A stretch of DNA of 63,841 nucleotides, filler included, from a bacterium (GTDB lineage Bacteria; JALSQH01): assembly GCA_026985515.1 (NCBI GenBank). It is 10 parts of 10 records of this genome, joined end to end, with 100 filler letters (N's around TTAATTAATTAA, not from the genome) between each part and the next. Parts side by side here need not be neighbours in the genome. Positions count along the whole stretch, not along the records: positions 13,431 to 22,084 come from JALSQH010000190.1; positions 22,185 to 30,792 come from JALSQH010000191.1; 8 more parts are not named here. The stretch is one strand, 5' to 3'. The position numbers and the translations under genes are program-made. Shown piece by piece: positions 13,432 to 22,289 of the stretch (position 1 is its first letter; each line of letters starts with the position of its first letter). The notes below the pieces were generated by a model, which saw nothing but the letters and a program-made list of their open reading frames with translations, was not told the origin of the DNA and did no database searches.

Positions 13432-13785
13432 TTTTTTAAGAGAGAAGGTGATGACTTGATCTGCAGGGTTCCTATCAGTTTCCCTCAGGCGGCTCTCGGT
13501 GACGAGATTGAAGTTCCCACCCCTTATGGGGTTGAAAGAGTAAAAATCCCCCCCGGGACTCAGCCAGGCACCGTTTTTACTCTTAAAGGAAAAGGTGTGG
13601 TAAATCCCAGAACTGGAAGGAAAGGAGACCTCCATATTGAAGTCTACATAGAGGTACCCAGGAAACTGGATGCGAAACAGAAGGAGCTTCTAAGAGAATT
13701 TGAGAGAGAAACCAGACAGAAATACCCTCAGAGGGAAAAGTTCTGGGAGAAGATAAGAAATATTTTTGCTCATAAGAGGAACTAA
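13432..13785 (+). CDS. dnaJ: DnaJ C-terminal domain, 5'-truncated
   Basis: FKREGDDL...ISFPQAALG.EIEVPT, IPPGTQPG...LKGKG, GDL; frame open to contig start. Confidence 0.92.
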   Translation, partial: FFKREGDDLICRVPISFPQAALGDEIEVPTPYGVERVKIPPGTQPGTVFTLKGKGVVNPRTGRKGDLHIEVYIEVPRKLDAKQKELLREFERETRQKYPQREKFWEKIRNIFAHKRN

Positions 13786-15242
13786 AAAGAGTATCTGATA
13801 CCTGTTGTGAGAAAATCGTTTTTTCTGAACTGATACAGCAGAGAATCTTTTTCAGCATCAATTATATTCAGGGAACCAAAAAATGATATGAAATCGGAGT
13901 ACTGGTAGGTGGCTTTCAGAGAGAGTATCATCTGATACTGCGTCAGCGCAAATATAAATCTTCCTTCCAGGGTTAGAGTATCATGAAAATAGGATCCTCG
14001 CAGGAGGGATATTGTAAAAATATTATCTCTTTTAAAGAGGTATGTTTTTGCATTTGTGAAGAAATGTACCCATGTAATCAGTATGTTTCCATAAAGGTTG
14101 TGGGGAAAATTATAATCTGCACCTATGTTCCATGTTAAGGAAGGAACATGCAAAAGCTCAAGATGGACATTGTAAATTGAGGAATTGGTATGCAATGCAC
14201 CTTCACTTCTTATTCCCACGCTTTTAAAAGTCGTGCTTATTCCGCCTCCAAAGGTGAATATCCTGTGAGGCTTAAATTTCATCATTGGAAGAAAGGAAAT
14301 CTGTTCAAGGGGGGAAAGGTTATTGAGAGCATCCATTGGTTTATCAGTTGATTTTAAATATTCAACAAGATCAGGATTGAATTCAGGAAAAGGCATTTTT
14401 TCCCATCCATAGTGGATCGCTACCTGGTAATCATAGCCTTCGCGGTAACTTTTTAAAAGAAAACCTATTTCTCCATTGAAGGGAGAATTTTTCGGGTAAT
14501 CTGTTACATATGAAGTGGTACCACTTTCCTCAATATTAACTCCATATTCCTTCCTGTATTCCTCCACTGTTCTGTAATACATTTCCCTCGGTAGAATTGA
14601 CCAGTCGGAGTTAATAAGAACAAAGTGTGAAGGCTTATAGAATGGTACATATATACCCTCAATGGTTGTTTGATCATTTACATAGTAATCTCCCCGGAGC
14701 ATCAGAACAGGTAGTTTCGCAAAATCTTCTTCAGAAAAGATGAATTCATCCATTTCCTGGGGATTTACCACATCAATGGGACTCACATCAGAAACCCCCC
14801 AGGAAACTATCTGATTACCGGCAGTTATATCCCATTTGTCGCTGCTTTTCTTGACGTAAAATTCAAAGGGTTGAAATCTGTTGTTAAAGTAATCGTTGTA
14901 GGATGAATGAAAGTAGTAGTATTTGTCCAGGAATGAGGAGAAGAAGGAAAAATTGCTTTTTATATCGCCTGAAAATGAGAGGTAGATACCGGTGATCCAC
15001 TCTTCTGTGAATTCATACTTTGAATCCTGGTGAAGGTCGGAATTCAGTTTGGAGAATATTTTTCCTTCAAATTTCACTCCTGCTGTTTCGCCACCGAAAA
15101 TGTCAAGCCCAAATTCCCCTTCTTCCGCACACAGAAGGAGAGGGAAAAGAGTTAAAAGGAAAACAGACAGGAAAATCTTAAATTTCTTTTTCAAGGTACC
15201 TCTGTGTGAAGTAGGCATCTGGTATTTTCTTGTCCACAACAA
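13782..15242 (-). CDS. Outer-membrane beta-barrel protein (DUF1302-like); true start probably downstream of the listed one
   Basis: Signal peptide, G.Q.VSWG.SD..P.DV.NP motif, C-terminal aromatic (YSF); lies downstream of the LolA-like gene. Confidence 0.65.
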   Translation of the reverse strand: MLWTRKYQMPTSHRGTLKKKFKIFLSVFLLTLFPLLLCAEEGEFGLDIFGGETAGVKFEGKIFSKLNSDLHQDSKYEFTEEWITGIYLSFSGDIKSNFSFFSSFLDKYYYFHSSYNDYFNNRFQPFEFYVKKSSDKWDITAGNQIVSWGVSDVSPIDVVNPQEMDEFIFSEEDFAKLPVLMLRGDYYVNDQTTIEGIYVPFYKPSHFVLINSDWSILPREMYYRTVEEYRKEYGVNIEESGTTSYVTDYPKNSPFNGEIGFLLKSYREGYDYQVAIHYGWEKMPFPEFNPDLVEYLKSTDKPMDALNNLSPLEQISFLPMMKFKPHRIFTFGGGISTTFKSVGIRSEGALHTNSSIYNVHLELLHVPSLTWNIGADYNFPHNLYGNILITWVHFFTNAKTYLFKRDNIFTISLLRGSYFHDTLTLEGRFIFALTQYQMILSLKATYQYSDFISFFGSLNIIDAEKDSLLYQFRKNDFLTTGIRYSF

Positions 15243-15948
15243 TTTTCTCGATGGTCAGGATAGTTTTGTGATGCGTTTTGAGGTTTTCCATAACGCTTTC
15301 CTTCATGATCCAGTAGTTTTTTATTTTTTCAAGTTTATTAACGGTAAGCCTCTTTATTTTTTTTCCTTTCTTATCGTACATTTCAGCCTTTACAGGAACA
15401 AAAATGTCTTTTCTTATCCATTCAACCACCTTGCTGTACTGGTAATCTGTACCTGGTTTAGGAATAGATTCAACAACATAACATTCATAATTTCCACACT
15501 TTTCTTCTCTCAGAAGTTTGTGGGTTGCTTTGTTTACTTTCACGCCCTCCATATCCTGGTATGAAAAATCTGTTCCCAGAAAGCTCTGATTCTTCTGGCT
15601 GGAAGAGATCCTTCTTGTTTTCTTCAAAGCCGGCAGATAGAGAAACTGGTCACTTTCCTTATCGGAGTTCTTGTAGTCCCAGATCAAAAATCCAGTGTTT
15701 CTTATGTCCGCAGGGGAGAGAAATTTCATAAGGGTTTTTGTCATATTTTTGTCTTCTTTAATGTAAGTTACAACTTCCCTTACCCTTTTGCTCCCCGATT
15801 TGCTGACAAGAATCATTTTCATTTTTGCTATGGTTGTTTTGGGTTTGGGCTGATTATCAACTTTATGTATAATTTCCTCCCCCGTTAAGCCCCATAGAAG
15901 TCCTCCCGTTAACAAAAGAAAAACAGCCACGAGAATTCCTCGCTTCAT
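15178..15948 (-). CDS. Outer-membrane lipoprotein-sorting protein (LolA-like family)
   Basis: F.SPADI..TGFL, LYLPALKKTRRI, SFLGTDFSYQD, F...YL motifs; signal peptide. Confidence 0.88.
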   Translation of the reverse strand: MKRGILVAVFLLLTGGLLWGLTGEEIIHKVDNQPKPKTTIAKMKMILVSKSGSKRVREVVTYIKEDKNMTKTLMKFLSPADIRNTGFLIWDYKNSDKESDQFLYLPALKKTRRISSSQKNQSFLGTDFSYQDMEGVKVNKATHKLLREEKCGNYECYVVESIPKPGTDYQYSKVVEWIRKDIFVPVKAEMYDKKGKKIKRLTVNKLEKIKNYWIMKESVMENLKTHHKTILTIEKIVVDKKIPDAYFTQRYLEKEI

Positions 15949-15992
15949 TTTCTATCCTCCTTTTTTGAACAGTTGTACAGCTCAATTATACT

Positions 15993-17305
15993 TCATCTTG
16001 CTGAACCAATCAAGGATTTATGTGATCTCAACCATCTGTCAACATAGTCAAAAACCTCTTCTGCATGGTTACCCATTAAAAGATCCACATGACCATAATC
16101 TTGAAAACACTTATATGTTTTATCTTTTGAGGAGATAACCCTGTATACCCGATTATAAATGTTTTCCCTGTTTACCAGCTTATCTGACCCTCCAGAAATC
16201 AGCAGAAGCGGCAGATTGATTCGATTCAGATTTTTTAAGTAATCAACGGGTTTGCATCCGGGATAATCACATTGTTCCATGAATGTCCCATTTCTGAGCC
16301 AGCTGTGCCACTGCTGTAAAACTCGAGGTGAAAAATTGTCAAGACCCTTTTCAATGATGTAGTAAATTCCTTTAAGAAAAGTATTTTTTGTGTTCCAGAT
16401 CATGTTAAGGACAAAATTTAGGGGTTCAATTCCCATTTTTCTCTTTATGAAGCGGGTGAAAGCGTCAAGATGAGCTGGAAATTTTTCTCCAAGATATTTA
16501 AAAATTACAGGTGTAAGTAAATCAAGGAGAAGCGAAGCAGTGAAATTATTGGCCCATAGGGGAGGAGTAAGATGGAGCTTATCAAGTAAGGTTTCATTGT
16601 GTGTAAGAATATATGATGATTTTTCAATCTTTTCCCATGGGTAATCCGCAGCCATTTGCAGGAGTAAATCATAATCATAATAGTTGTGCCTGAGGAGAGA
16701 CTTTAGCCCCTTTCCCTTTAAATTAACAGGGAAACTGAGACCAGCCGGACTGGCAACGGCAATAAAACCCTTCAATTCTCTATTCCTCTCCTCTGATAGT
16801 TTTTCGGAGGTAAACATTTTTAAGTATTTTTTCCATTAATTGTTACAGGTACTCCATAGACGCCCTCCAGATAGATGTACATAATTGTTCCACCCATTGA
16901 ATGTCCAATCCAGAAGGGTTTTTCCCCGGTTCGTTCAGTCACGGTATGGATAATGGCAGGAACATCATAGGCAACAAAGGTATCTATGTCCCAATTTCCT
17001 GGTCCCCTGTCTGGACCGCTCTGATACTCTCCTTCACCATGCCCTCTGAGATTGGTTATCCATACATCGTAACCCCTGTCTGCAAGGTATTTTGCGAAGC
17101 TCTTTTGAGGATAATCCTAGCTGTTCAGGTTTACTGCAAAGCCGTGTTGAAGGATAACGGGTACCCCTCCCGGATTGTAGTATCTTCGAGCAACAAGTGT
17201 AACTCCGTCCGTTGTCTTTATAGTTTCCCTTCTTATCTCCCATGGGTAGGTAATGGAACCTGACAGGAAAAGAACAATTAAAATAAAAATCCATTTCTTA
17301 ATCAT
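15993..17305 (-). pseudogene. Secreted alpha/beta-hydrolase (lipase-like) interrupted by an in-frame TAG and a -1 frameshift
   Basis: Signal peptide, HGF oxyanion motif, TAG at 17117-17119, then in frame GYDVW..NLRGHG and GHSMGG; A6 run (16827-16832) shifts the frame before the 274-aa C-terminal ORF with SDKLV (Asp) and YGHVD (His). Confidence 0.85.
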
Positions 17306-17334
17306 CTCCTGCTTCTCCTCCTTTTTGTTGAAAA

Positions 17335-17363
17335 ATAATAGTATAAGTTGACATGGGTGTCAA
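17335..17363 (-). promoter_or_regulatory. sigma70 promoter of the hydrolase operon with an overlapping palindromic operator
   Basis: Minus-strand TTGACA-17 nt-TATTAT; the -35 is one arm of the perfect inverted repeat TTGACA-N4-TGTCAA (17348-17363). Confidence 0.6.
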
Positions 17364-17374
17364 TAGAAGTGGGA

Positions 17375-17833
17375 CTATTTGAGAGGTTCGTCAGAAAATG
17401 AAGGAAGGGTTATTTTCCAGCCCTCGTCACTATTAACGGCGATTAATTTTATTTGAAATGATTTTGTGAAGAAAAGAAAATGGTGAAAATAAACTTCGAC
17501 AATTCCCTCAAAGTTCCCGTCCGGTCTTTTTTTACATGCAAGGAGTTTGATTCTCTTTACAATGGAAGAAGATATATTCAATTTTCTCCACTTCCAAGCC
17601 ATTCTTACGATGAAAGTATAATAATTGTTTTCCTTCTCTTTTGAGGTACCCCTGAAAAATGGTAAAAGTTTTTTCTTAAGTTCGTAATGCAGGAAATCTT
17701 TCCCCGAAATTTCACTGATAAAGTGTTGAATGATAGTGCATCCATTTGCTCCCTCTCTATTTTGATCAGCTGAAAGGGGAGAAAGGAATATGACGGCAGT
17801 AATTATAAGTGCAACAATTTGCATTTTCATCAA
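17375..17833 (-). CDS. Hypothetical secreted protein
   Basis: Signal-peptide-like N-terminus; perfect TTGACA-16-TATAAT (17866-17839) immediately upstream, no SD. Confidence 0.6.
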   Translation of the reverse strand: MMKMQIVALIITAVIFLSPLSADQNREGANGCTIIQHFISEISGKDFLHYELKKKLLPFFRGTSKEKENNYYTFIVRMAWKWRKLNISSSIVKRIKLLACKKRPDGNFEGIVEVYFHHFLFFTKSFQIKLIAVNSDEGWKITLPSFSDEPLK

Positions 17834-17881
17834 CTCAGATTATACCTCTCTGCGGGTTTATGTCAAAGAAAGAGGCAATTT

Positions 17882-17910
17882 TTGACAAAATTAGTAATCT
17901 AAGATAAAAT
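17882..17910 (+). promoter_or_regulatory. sigma70 promoter of the thiC-family gene
   Basis: TTGACA-17 nt-TAAAAT; SD AAGGAGG before ATG 17933. Confidence 0.7.
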
Positions 17911-17932
17911 AGTTTTACAAAGTTAAGGAGGA

Positions 17933-19240
17933 ATGAAAGTGACTTTAAAGGAAAGAGCAAGGAAAGGCGAAATAACTGAAGAGATGAAAAAGGCGGCTGA
18001 GGAGGAAGGGGTATCTCCCGAGTATATCAGGGAAGGAATTGCGAATGGTACAATTGTTATAACAAAAAACAGGTTAAGGAAGAATATTAAAATTGTACCA
18101 ATTGGAAAAGGGCTGAGAGTAAAAGTAAATGTAAATCTGGGCACCTCTCCTGATCATATTGATTATGAGGAGGAGATGTGTAAAGCAAGGGTTGCTCTCA
18201 ACAATGGTGCCGATACCATTATGGATCTTTCTATTGCAGGTGACATTGATGGTTTCAGAAAAAAGTTAATTGAGGAAATCCCTTTGCCTCTGGGAACTGT
18301 CCCCGTTTATCAGGCAGCCATTGAAGTGGAAAATAGAGGTGGCAGAATTCAGGATATGAGTGTTGATGATTTCCTTGGAGCGATACAGAAGCACGCAGAA
18401 GATGGTGTGGATTATATGACTGTTCATGTGGGTGTTACACAGGTTGTAGCTGAAAGATTAAAGCATACCAGAAGATTTATGGATGTGGTTAGCAGGGGTG
18501 GCTCAATAATCCTCAGCTGGATGAGGTACAATAAAAAGGAAAATCCTCTCTATGAGCATTTTGATAAGCTCTTAGAAATTGCCAGAGAATATGATGTTAC
18601 TCTCAGTCTCGGAGATGGCCTGAGGCCAGGTGCAATAGTTGATGCCTCTGATGGTCCACAGTTTCAGGAATTGATACTGCTTGGTGAGTTAACTGAAAAA
18701 GCGTGGGATGCGGGGGTTCAGGTTATTATTGAAGGTCCCGGTCATATCCCCCTTGATCAGATTGAGGCGAACATCCTTCTTGAGAAGAGTCTCTGCCACG
18801 GAGCACCCTTCTATGTCCTTGGTCCAGTTGTTCTTGATGTTGCACCTGGATATGATCATATCACCGGAGCAATAGGAGGAGCTGTTGCTGCTCTTGCAGG
18901 GGCAGATTTTCTCTGCTATGTTACTCCAGCAGAGCACCTGAGGTTGCCCTCAGTTGAAGATGTGAAAGAAGGTTTGATTGCCACCAGAATTGCGGCACTA
19001 GCGGCTGATACTGCCAGAAGACATCCAAAGATATGGAAGTGGAATGAAGAGATGGCTTATTACAGAAAGCATCTCAAATGGGGTGACCAGATCAGAATCG
19101 CCATTGATCCTGAAAAGGCGAGGGAGTACCGTCAGAGTATCCCTGTTCATGATCCTGAGACATGCACCATGTGTGGAGAACTGTGTGCAATAAAGCTGAG
19201 CAGAGAAAGCAAGAAGGAGACGGAAAAGGCTGGGGTATAA
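17933..19240 (+). CDS. thiC: Phosphomethylpyrimidine synthase (short ThiC family; BzaA/B/F paralogues not excluded)
   Basis: GADTIMDLS, GTVPVYQ, VSRGGS, SLGDGLRPG, EGPGH, PAEHL, C-terminal CTMCGELC. Confidence 0.88.
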   Translation: MKVTLKERARKGEITEEMKKAAEEEGVSPEYIREGIANGTIVITKNRLRKNIKIVPIGKGLRVKVNVNLGTSPDHIDYEEEMCKARVALNNGADTIMDLSIAGDIDGFRKKLIEEIPLPLGTVPVYQAAIEVENRGGRIQDMSVDDFLGAIQKHAEDGVDYMTVHVGVTQVVAERLKHTRRFMDVVSRGGSIILSWMRYNKKENPLYEHFDKLLEIAREYDVTLSLGDGLRPGAIVDASDGPQFQELILLGELTEKAWDAGVQVIIEGPGHIPLDQIEANILLEKSLCHGAPFYVLGPVVLDVAPGYDHITGAIGGAVAALAGADFLCYVTPAEHLRLPSVEDVKEGLIATRIAALAADTARRHPKIWKWNEEMAYYRKHLKWGDQIRIAIDPEKAREYRQSIPVHDPETCTMCGELCAIKLSRESKKETEKAGV

Positions 19241-20309
19241 TATATCCGATACCAAGAGCTGTATCACGTTTCTGAGCATTCCCGAAGGGGAAGTTTTTCT
19301 CCGTGTAGTTGCACTTGCAGAGCAGCTTTATCCGGACAGAAGTCCCGAGTACTGGGAGGAGTATTTCAAAACACTTCCGAGAAATCTCCTTGTACCTCAT
19401 AAAATAGTAGACAGGCTGATTGAGTGGCTACAGAAATGGGGATGCAGAGTGGAATTGTGTGAAGAGGAAAGGGATGTAGAGCTGCCGGAACTGAAAAATG
19501 AAATTAATGAAGAGATGGATTCCTTTCTCAGACCCCCGGGTGATGATTTGCGCGATATCAGCTCCGGTGAAGCCCTGGATTATGTTGTTGAAGAGATCCC
19601 AGATTCCTCACACACCGGTGAGAATGATAAAATTTATTCCTCATCAGAAGTCTTACCAGAGTCGCTAACAAAAGAAAAAGAATATGATGAAATTGCTTAC
19701 TGGGACCGGTGGAGAGAATATGGTTTTTTCACTTCACTCTGGGATACCTGGACATCAGTTATGTTCAGGACTGATTCATTTTTCAAAAATCTGCCATCTC
19801 CAAATTTTGTAAATCTATTTCTTTACTACCTTCTCTTCTCCCTTATTGGAGTAAATTCAAGCATCATTCCAGTGATTTCAGTTTTTGGAATGAAGAAACC
19901 CGGCGTGGAACTATTTTTATTTGAGCTGGGATTCATACTTGTGAAATTTTTTGTCGCTGCTGCAGTGCTTCACTTTTCCATTTTCATCTTCGGGGAGACG
20001 CGAGGTTTTGGGAAAACTCTCCAGATCATTTCATATGGAAGTTCGCCATCCATTTTTCTGGTAATTCCTGTAGCTGGCGCCATTGCAGATTTCTTTTACA
20101 GAATTGCGATATATATATCAGGAGTGCATCATACCCACAAATTATCTGTGGCTGCTGCAACTGGAGCGGTTCTCCTACCATTATTTGCGATATTTTTCTT
20201 TATGATTATAGTAATGGTATTGATAATTGCCCTGGCTGGAGGATCGGATGTTGAAAAGTTTCACTTCTTCTGGAAAAATTTTTCTTCTCTCGCTCTTCTT
20301 ATCTTTTAA
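19230..20309 (+). CDS. YIP1-family membrane protein with soluble N-terminal domain and acidic linker (start uncertain; ORF track gives 19449)
   Basis: W(D/E)...YGFF..LW.TW..V.F....FF motif followed by ~5 TM helices; frame open from 19200. Confidence 0.75.
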   Translation: MGYNISDTKSCITFLSIPEGEVFLRVVALAEQLYPDRSPEYWEEYFKTLPRNLLVPHKIVDRLIEWLQKWGCRVELCEEERDVELPELKNEINEEMDSFLRPPGDDLRDISSGEALDYVVEEIPDSSHTGENDKIYSSSEVLPESLTKEKEYDEIAYWDRWREYGFFTSLWDTWTSVMFRTDSFFKNLPSPNFVNLFLYYLLFSLIGVNSSIIPVISVFGMKKPGVELFLFELGFILVKFFVAAAVLHFSIFIFGETRGFGKTLQIISYGSSPSIFLVIPVAGAIADFFYRIAIYISGVHHTHKLSVAAATGAVLLPLFAIFFFMIIVMVLIIALAGGSDVEKFHFFWKNFSSLALLIF

Positions 20310-21639
20310 TCTCTTTCCCTTTAGTGGTAATGTAACTGGAGGAATATTTAAAAACAATGTGATTGAGTTAATCGAAGACAGGATTTACCAGATTGCCGAT
20401 GAAATAGTTCCACTGGTTGTACATATCGAGGTGATTCAGAAGTATCTTGGGGAAAGGAAAAGGAAGGTAAGTGGATCTGGACTGATCGTGAGCCAGGATG
20501 GTTATATTCTCACCAACAACCATGTTGTGGAGGATGCAACTGTTATCAATGTCACTCTTTATAAAGGCAAAAAGAAGTATAAGGCAAAATTGATTGGAAG
20601 GGATGAGTTAACAGATATCGCGGTGATCAAGATCGATCTTGATAAAAAAGTCAAAATACCAAAGTTTGGTCATTATAAAGATGTAAAAGTTGGTGACCTT
20701 GTGCTTGCCATAGGGAATCCCTATGGTCTTGATGGTACTGTTTCTCTGGGGATTGTCAGTGCCAAGGGAAGAAACATCAGATATGGCAATCTTATCAATG
20801 AGTTCATTCAAACAGATGCAATGATAGATTATGGTTCCAGTGGAGGTCCCCTGGTAAATTTTAAGGGTGAGGTGATAGGTATAAATTCGATGGGTGAGGG
20901 GAGAGGAATTGGTTTCACCATCCCCATTGATACTGCCTTGAAGGTGATGCGGGATTTTATAAAACTGGGTAGAATTGAAAGGGGATGGCTTGGGGTGGTG
21001 GTTCAGGCTTTTAATAGAGATATGGCTGAATATTTTGGCAAGCCTCAGTTAACAGGTGTGCTTGTTTCAGAAGTTATAAAAAATTCTCCTGCTTACAGGG
21101 CAGGTATAAAAGTGGGGGATGTTATATGTGAATTTGGTGGTCACAATGTTGATGTTGAAGAAAGTAAGGATATAAATAGCTTCAGAAGATTGATTACAAA
21201 TTATGCTCCCGGGTCGAAGGTTAAGGTTAAGATTTACAGATTTGATCCCCGGAAACGGAAAGGTAGATTCATCACATTGACTGTAAAACTGTCAAAACAT
21301 CCGAAAGTCGAACCTGACAAGTACGATTCTGATTATGGTTTCAGTGTTGAGGATATTACGGTTGAGACCCAGTTAAGGCTCCAGTTGAAGAAGAGAGAGG
21401 GGGTTCTTGTTACTTATGTTGAAAGAGGGACACCTGCGTCTGAGGCTCATCTCTTTTCCGGTGAAGTAATTGTCAGTATTGACGGAAAAAAGATCAAAAG
21501 TATTAAGGATCTGAAGCGAATTCTTGAAAAGTACAAAAAGGAAAGAAAGAGGAAATTTCTGATAATAGCATGGTATAAGGGAAGTTACAAATATCATCTG
21601 ATTATCCCATTTGCATCGGGTAGCAAGGAAAAGGAATAA
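20248..21639 (+). CDS. HtrA/DegP-like serine protease with two PDZ domains
   Basis: GSGLIV, LTNNHVV (His), DIAVIKI (Asp), GSSGGPL (Ser), two PDZ-like repeats; GGAGGA SD before ATG 20248. Confidence 0.93.
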   Translation: MLKSFTSSGKIFLLSLFLSFNLFPFSGNVTGGIFKNNVIELIEDRIYQIADEIVPLVVHIEVIQKYLGERKRKVSGSGLIVSQDGYILTNNHVVEDATVINVTLYKGKKKYKAKLIGRDELTDIAVIKIDLDKKVKIPKFGHYKDVKVGDLVLAIGNPYGLDGTVSLGIVSAKGRNIRYGNLINEFIQTDAMIDYGSSGGPLVNFKGEVIGINSMGEGRGIGFTIPIDTALKVMRDFIKLGRIERGWLGVVVQAFNRDMAEYFGKPQLTGVLVSEVIKNSPAYRAGIKVGDVICEFGGHNVDVEESKDINSFRRLITNYAPGSKVKVKIYRFDPRKRKGRFITLTVKLSKHPKVEPDKYDSDYGFSVEDITVETQLRLQLKKREGVLVTYVERGTPASEAHLFSGEVIVSIDGKKIKSIKDLKRILEKYKKERKRKFLIIAWYKGSYKYHLIIPFASGSKEKE

Positions 21640-21646
21640 ATGTTTC

Positions 21647-21721
21647 GCCGGGGTAGCTCAGCGGTAGAGCAGCTGATTCGTAATCAGCAGGTCGTGGGTT
21701 CAAATCCCACCCCCGGCTCCA
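21647..21721 (+). tRNA. tRNA-Thr(CGT)
   Basis: Acceptor GCCGGGG/CCCCGGC, anticodon arm GCTGA-TTCGTAA-TCAGC, T-loop TTCAAAT, encoded CCA. Confidence 0.97.
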
Positions 21722-21726
21722 TTTTT

Positions 21727-22084
21727 TTGATTTTAATTATTCTCTTCCTCCTTTTGCCTTCAGGGGTGAGGGGAGAGGTCGGCGGTTCATACCAGAGATT
21801 GTATCAGGGAGCTGCCTTTGTATCTCTTGAACCTGAACTTGTGGTACCATCATCATTATCTCTGAATGTCAAGGGTGGTTTTGCTTTTTCAAGGAAACTT
21901 GTCATGGAGCTTATCCTGGGACTTGGGAATGTTCCGTACCCCTCCTCAGGAACATACTATTTTGGTACAAGAATGTACTACAGGGTCATTGTTGATCACT
22001 ATGGAATGCCGGGTTTTCTACTTATGATTGGAGCAAACAACAGAAGTAAGCTTGGTATAGATCTGGGTATGGAAATTTCAAAGA
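21727..22084 (+). CDS. Putative outer-membrane beta-barrel protein, 5' fragment (start ambiguous: ATG 21640 or TTG 21727)
   Basis: Hydrophobic signal core LILIILFLLLPSGVRG followed by Gly/aromatic alternating strands; truncated by contig end. Confidence 0.55.
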
Positions 22085-22184
22085 NNNNNNNNNNNNNNNN
22101 NNNNNNNNNNNNNNNNNNNNNNNNNNNNTTAATTAATTAANNNNNNNNNNNNNNNNNNNNNNNNNNNNNNNNNNNNNNNNNNNN

Positions 22185-22289
22185 CTTTACCTCGCTGAAG
22201 AAGGAATAGAAGAACCTGTAATGTTCAGAGAAGTTGTGAGTATACCTTTTCAGATGGAGGGGATTCAACCCTCTGGGAAGAGGAAATGA
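22185..22289 (+). CDS. 3' end of an upstream gene, by position probably T2SS GspJ
   Basis: Open frame LYLAEEG...FREVVSIP...GKRK*, ATGA overlap with gspK. Confidence 0.45.
   Translation, partial: LYLAEEGIEEPVMFREVVSIPFQMEGIQPSGKRK

Noticed and set aside
17117..17119. Genome-wide TAG reassignment or pyrrolysine
   Set aside because: TAG is a normal stop elsewhere (moaA ends IGG-TAG at its conserved terminus; also at 13782 and 32150); no pyl genes seen; the same gene has a second lesion
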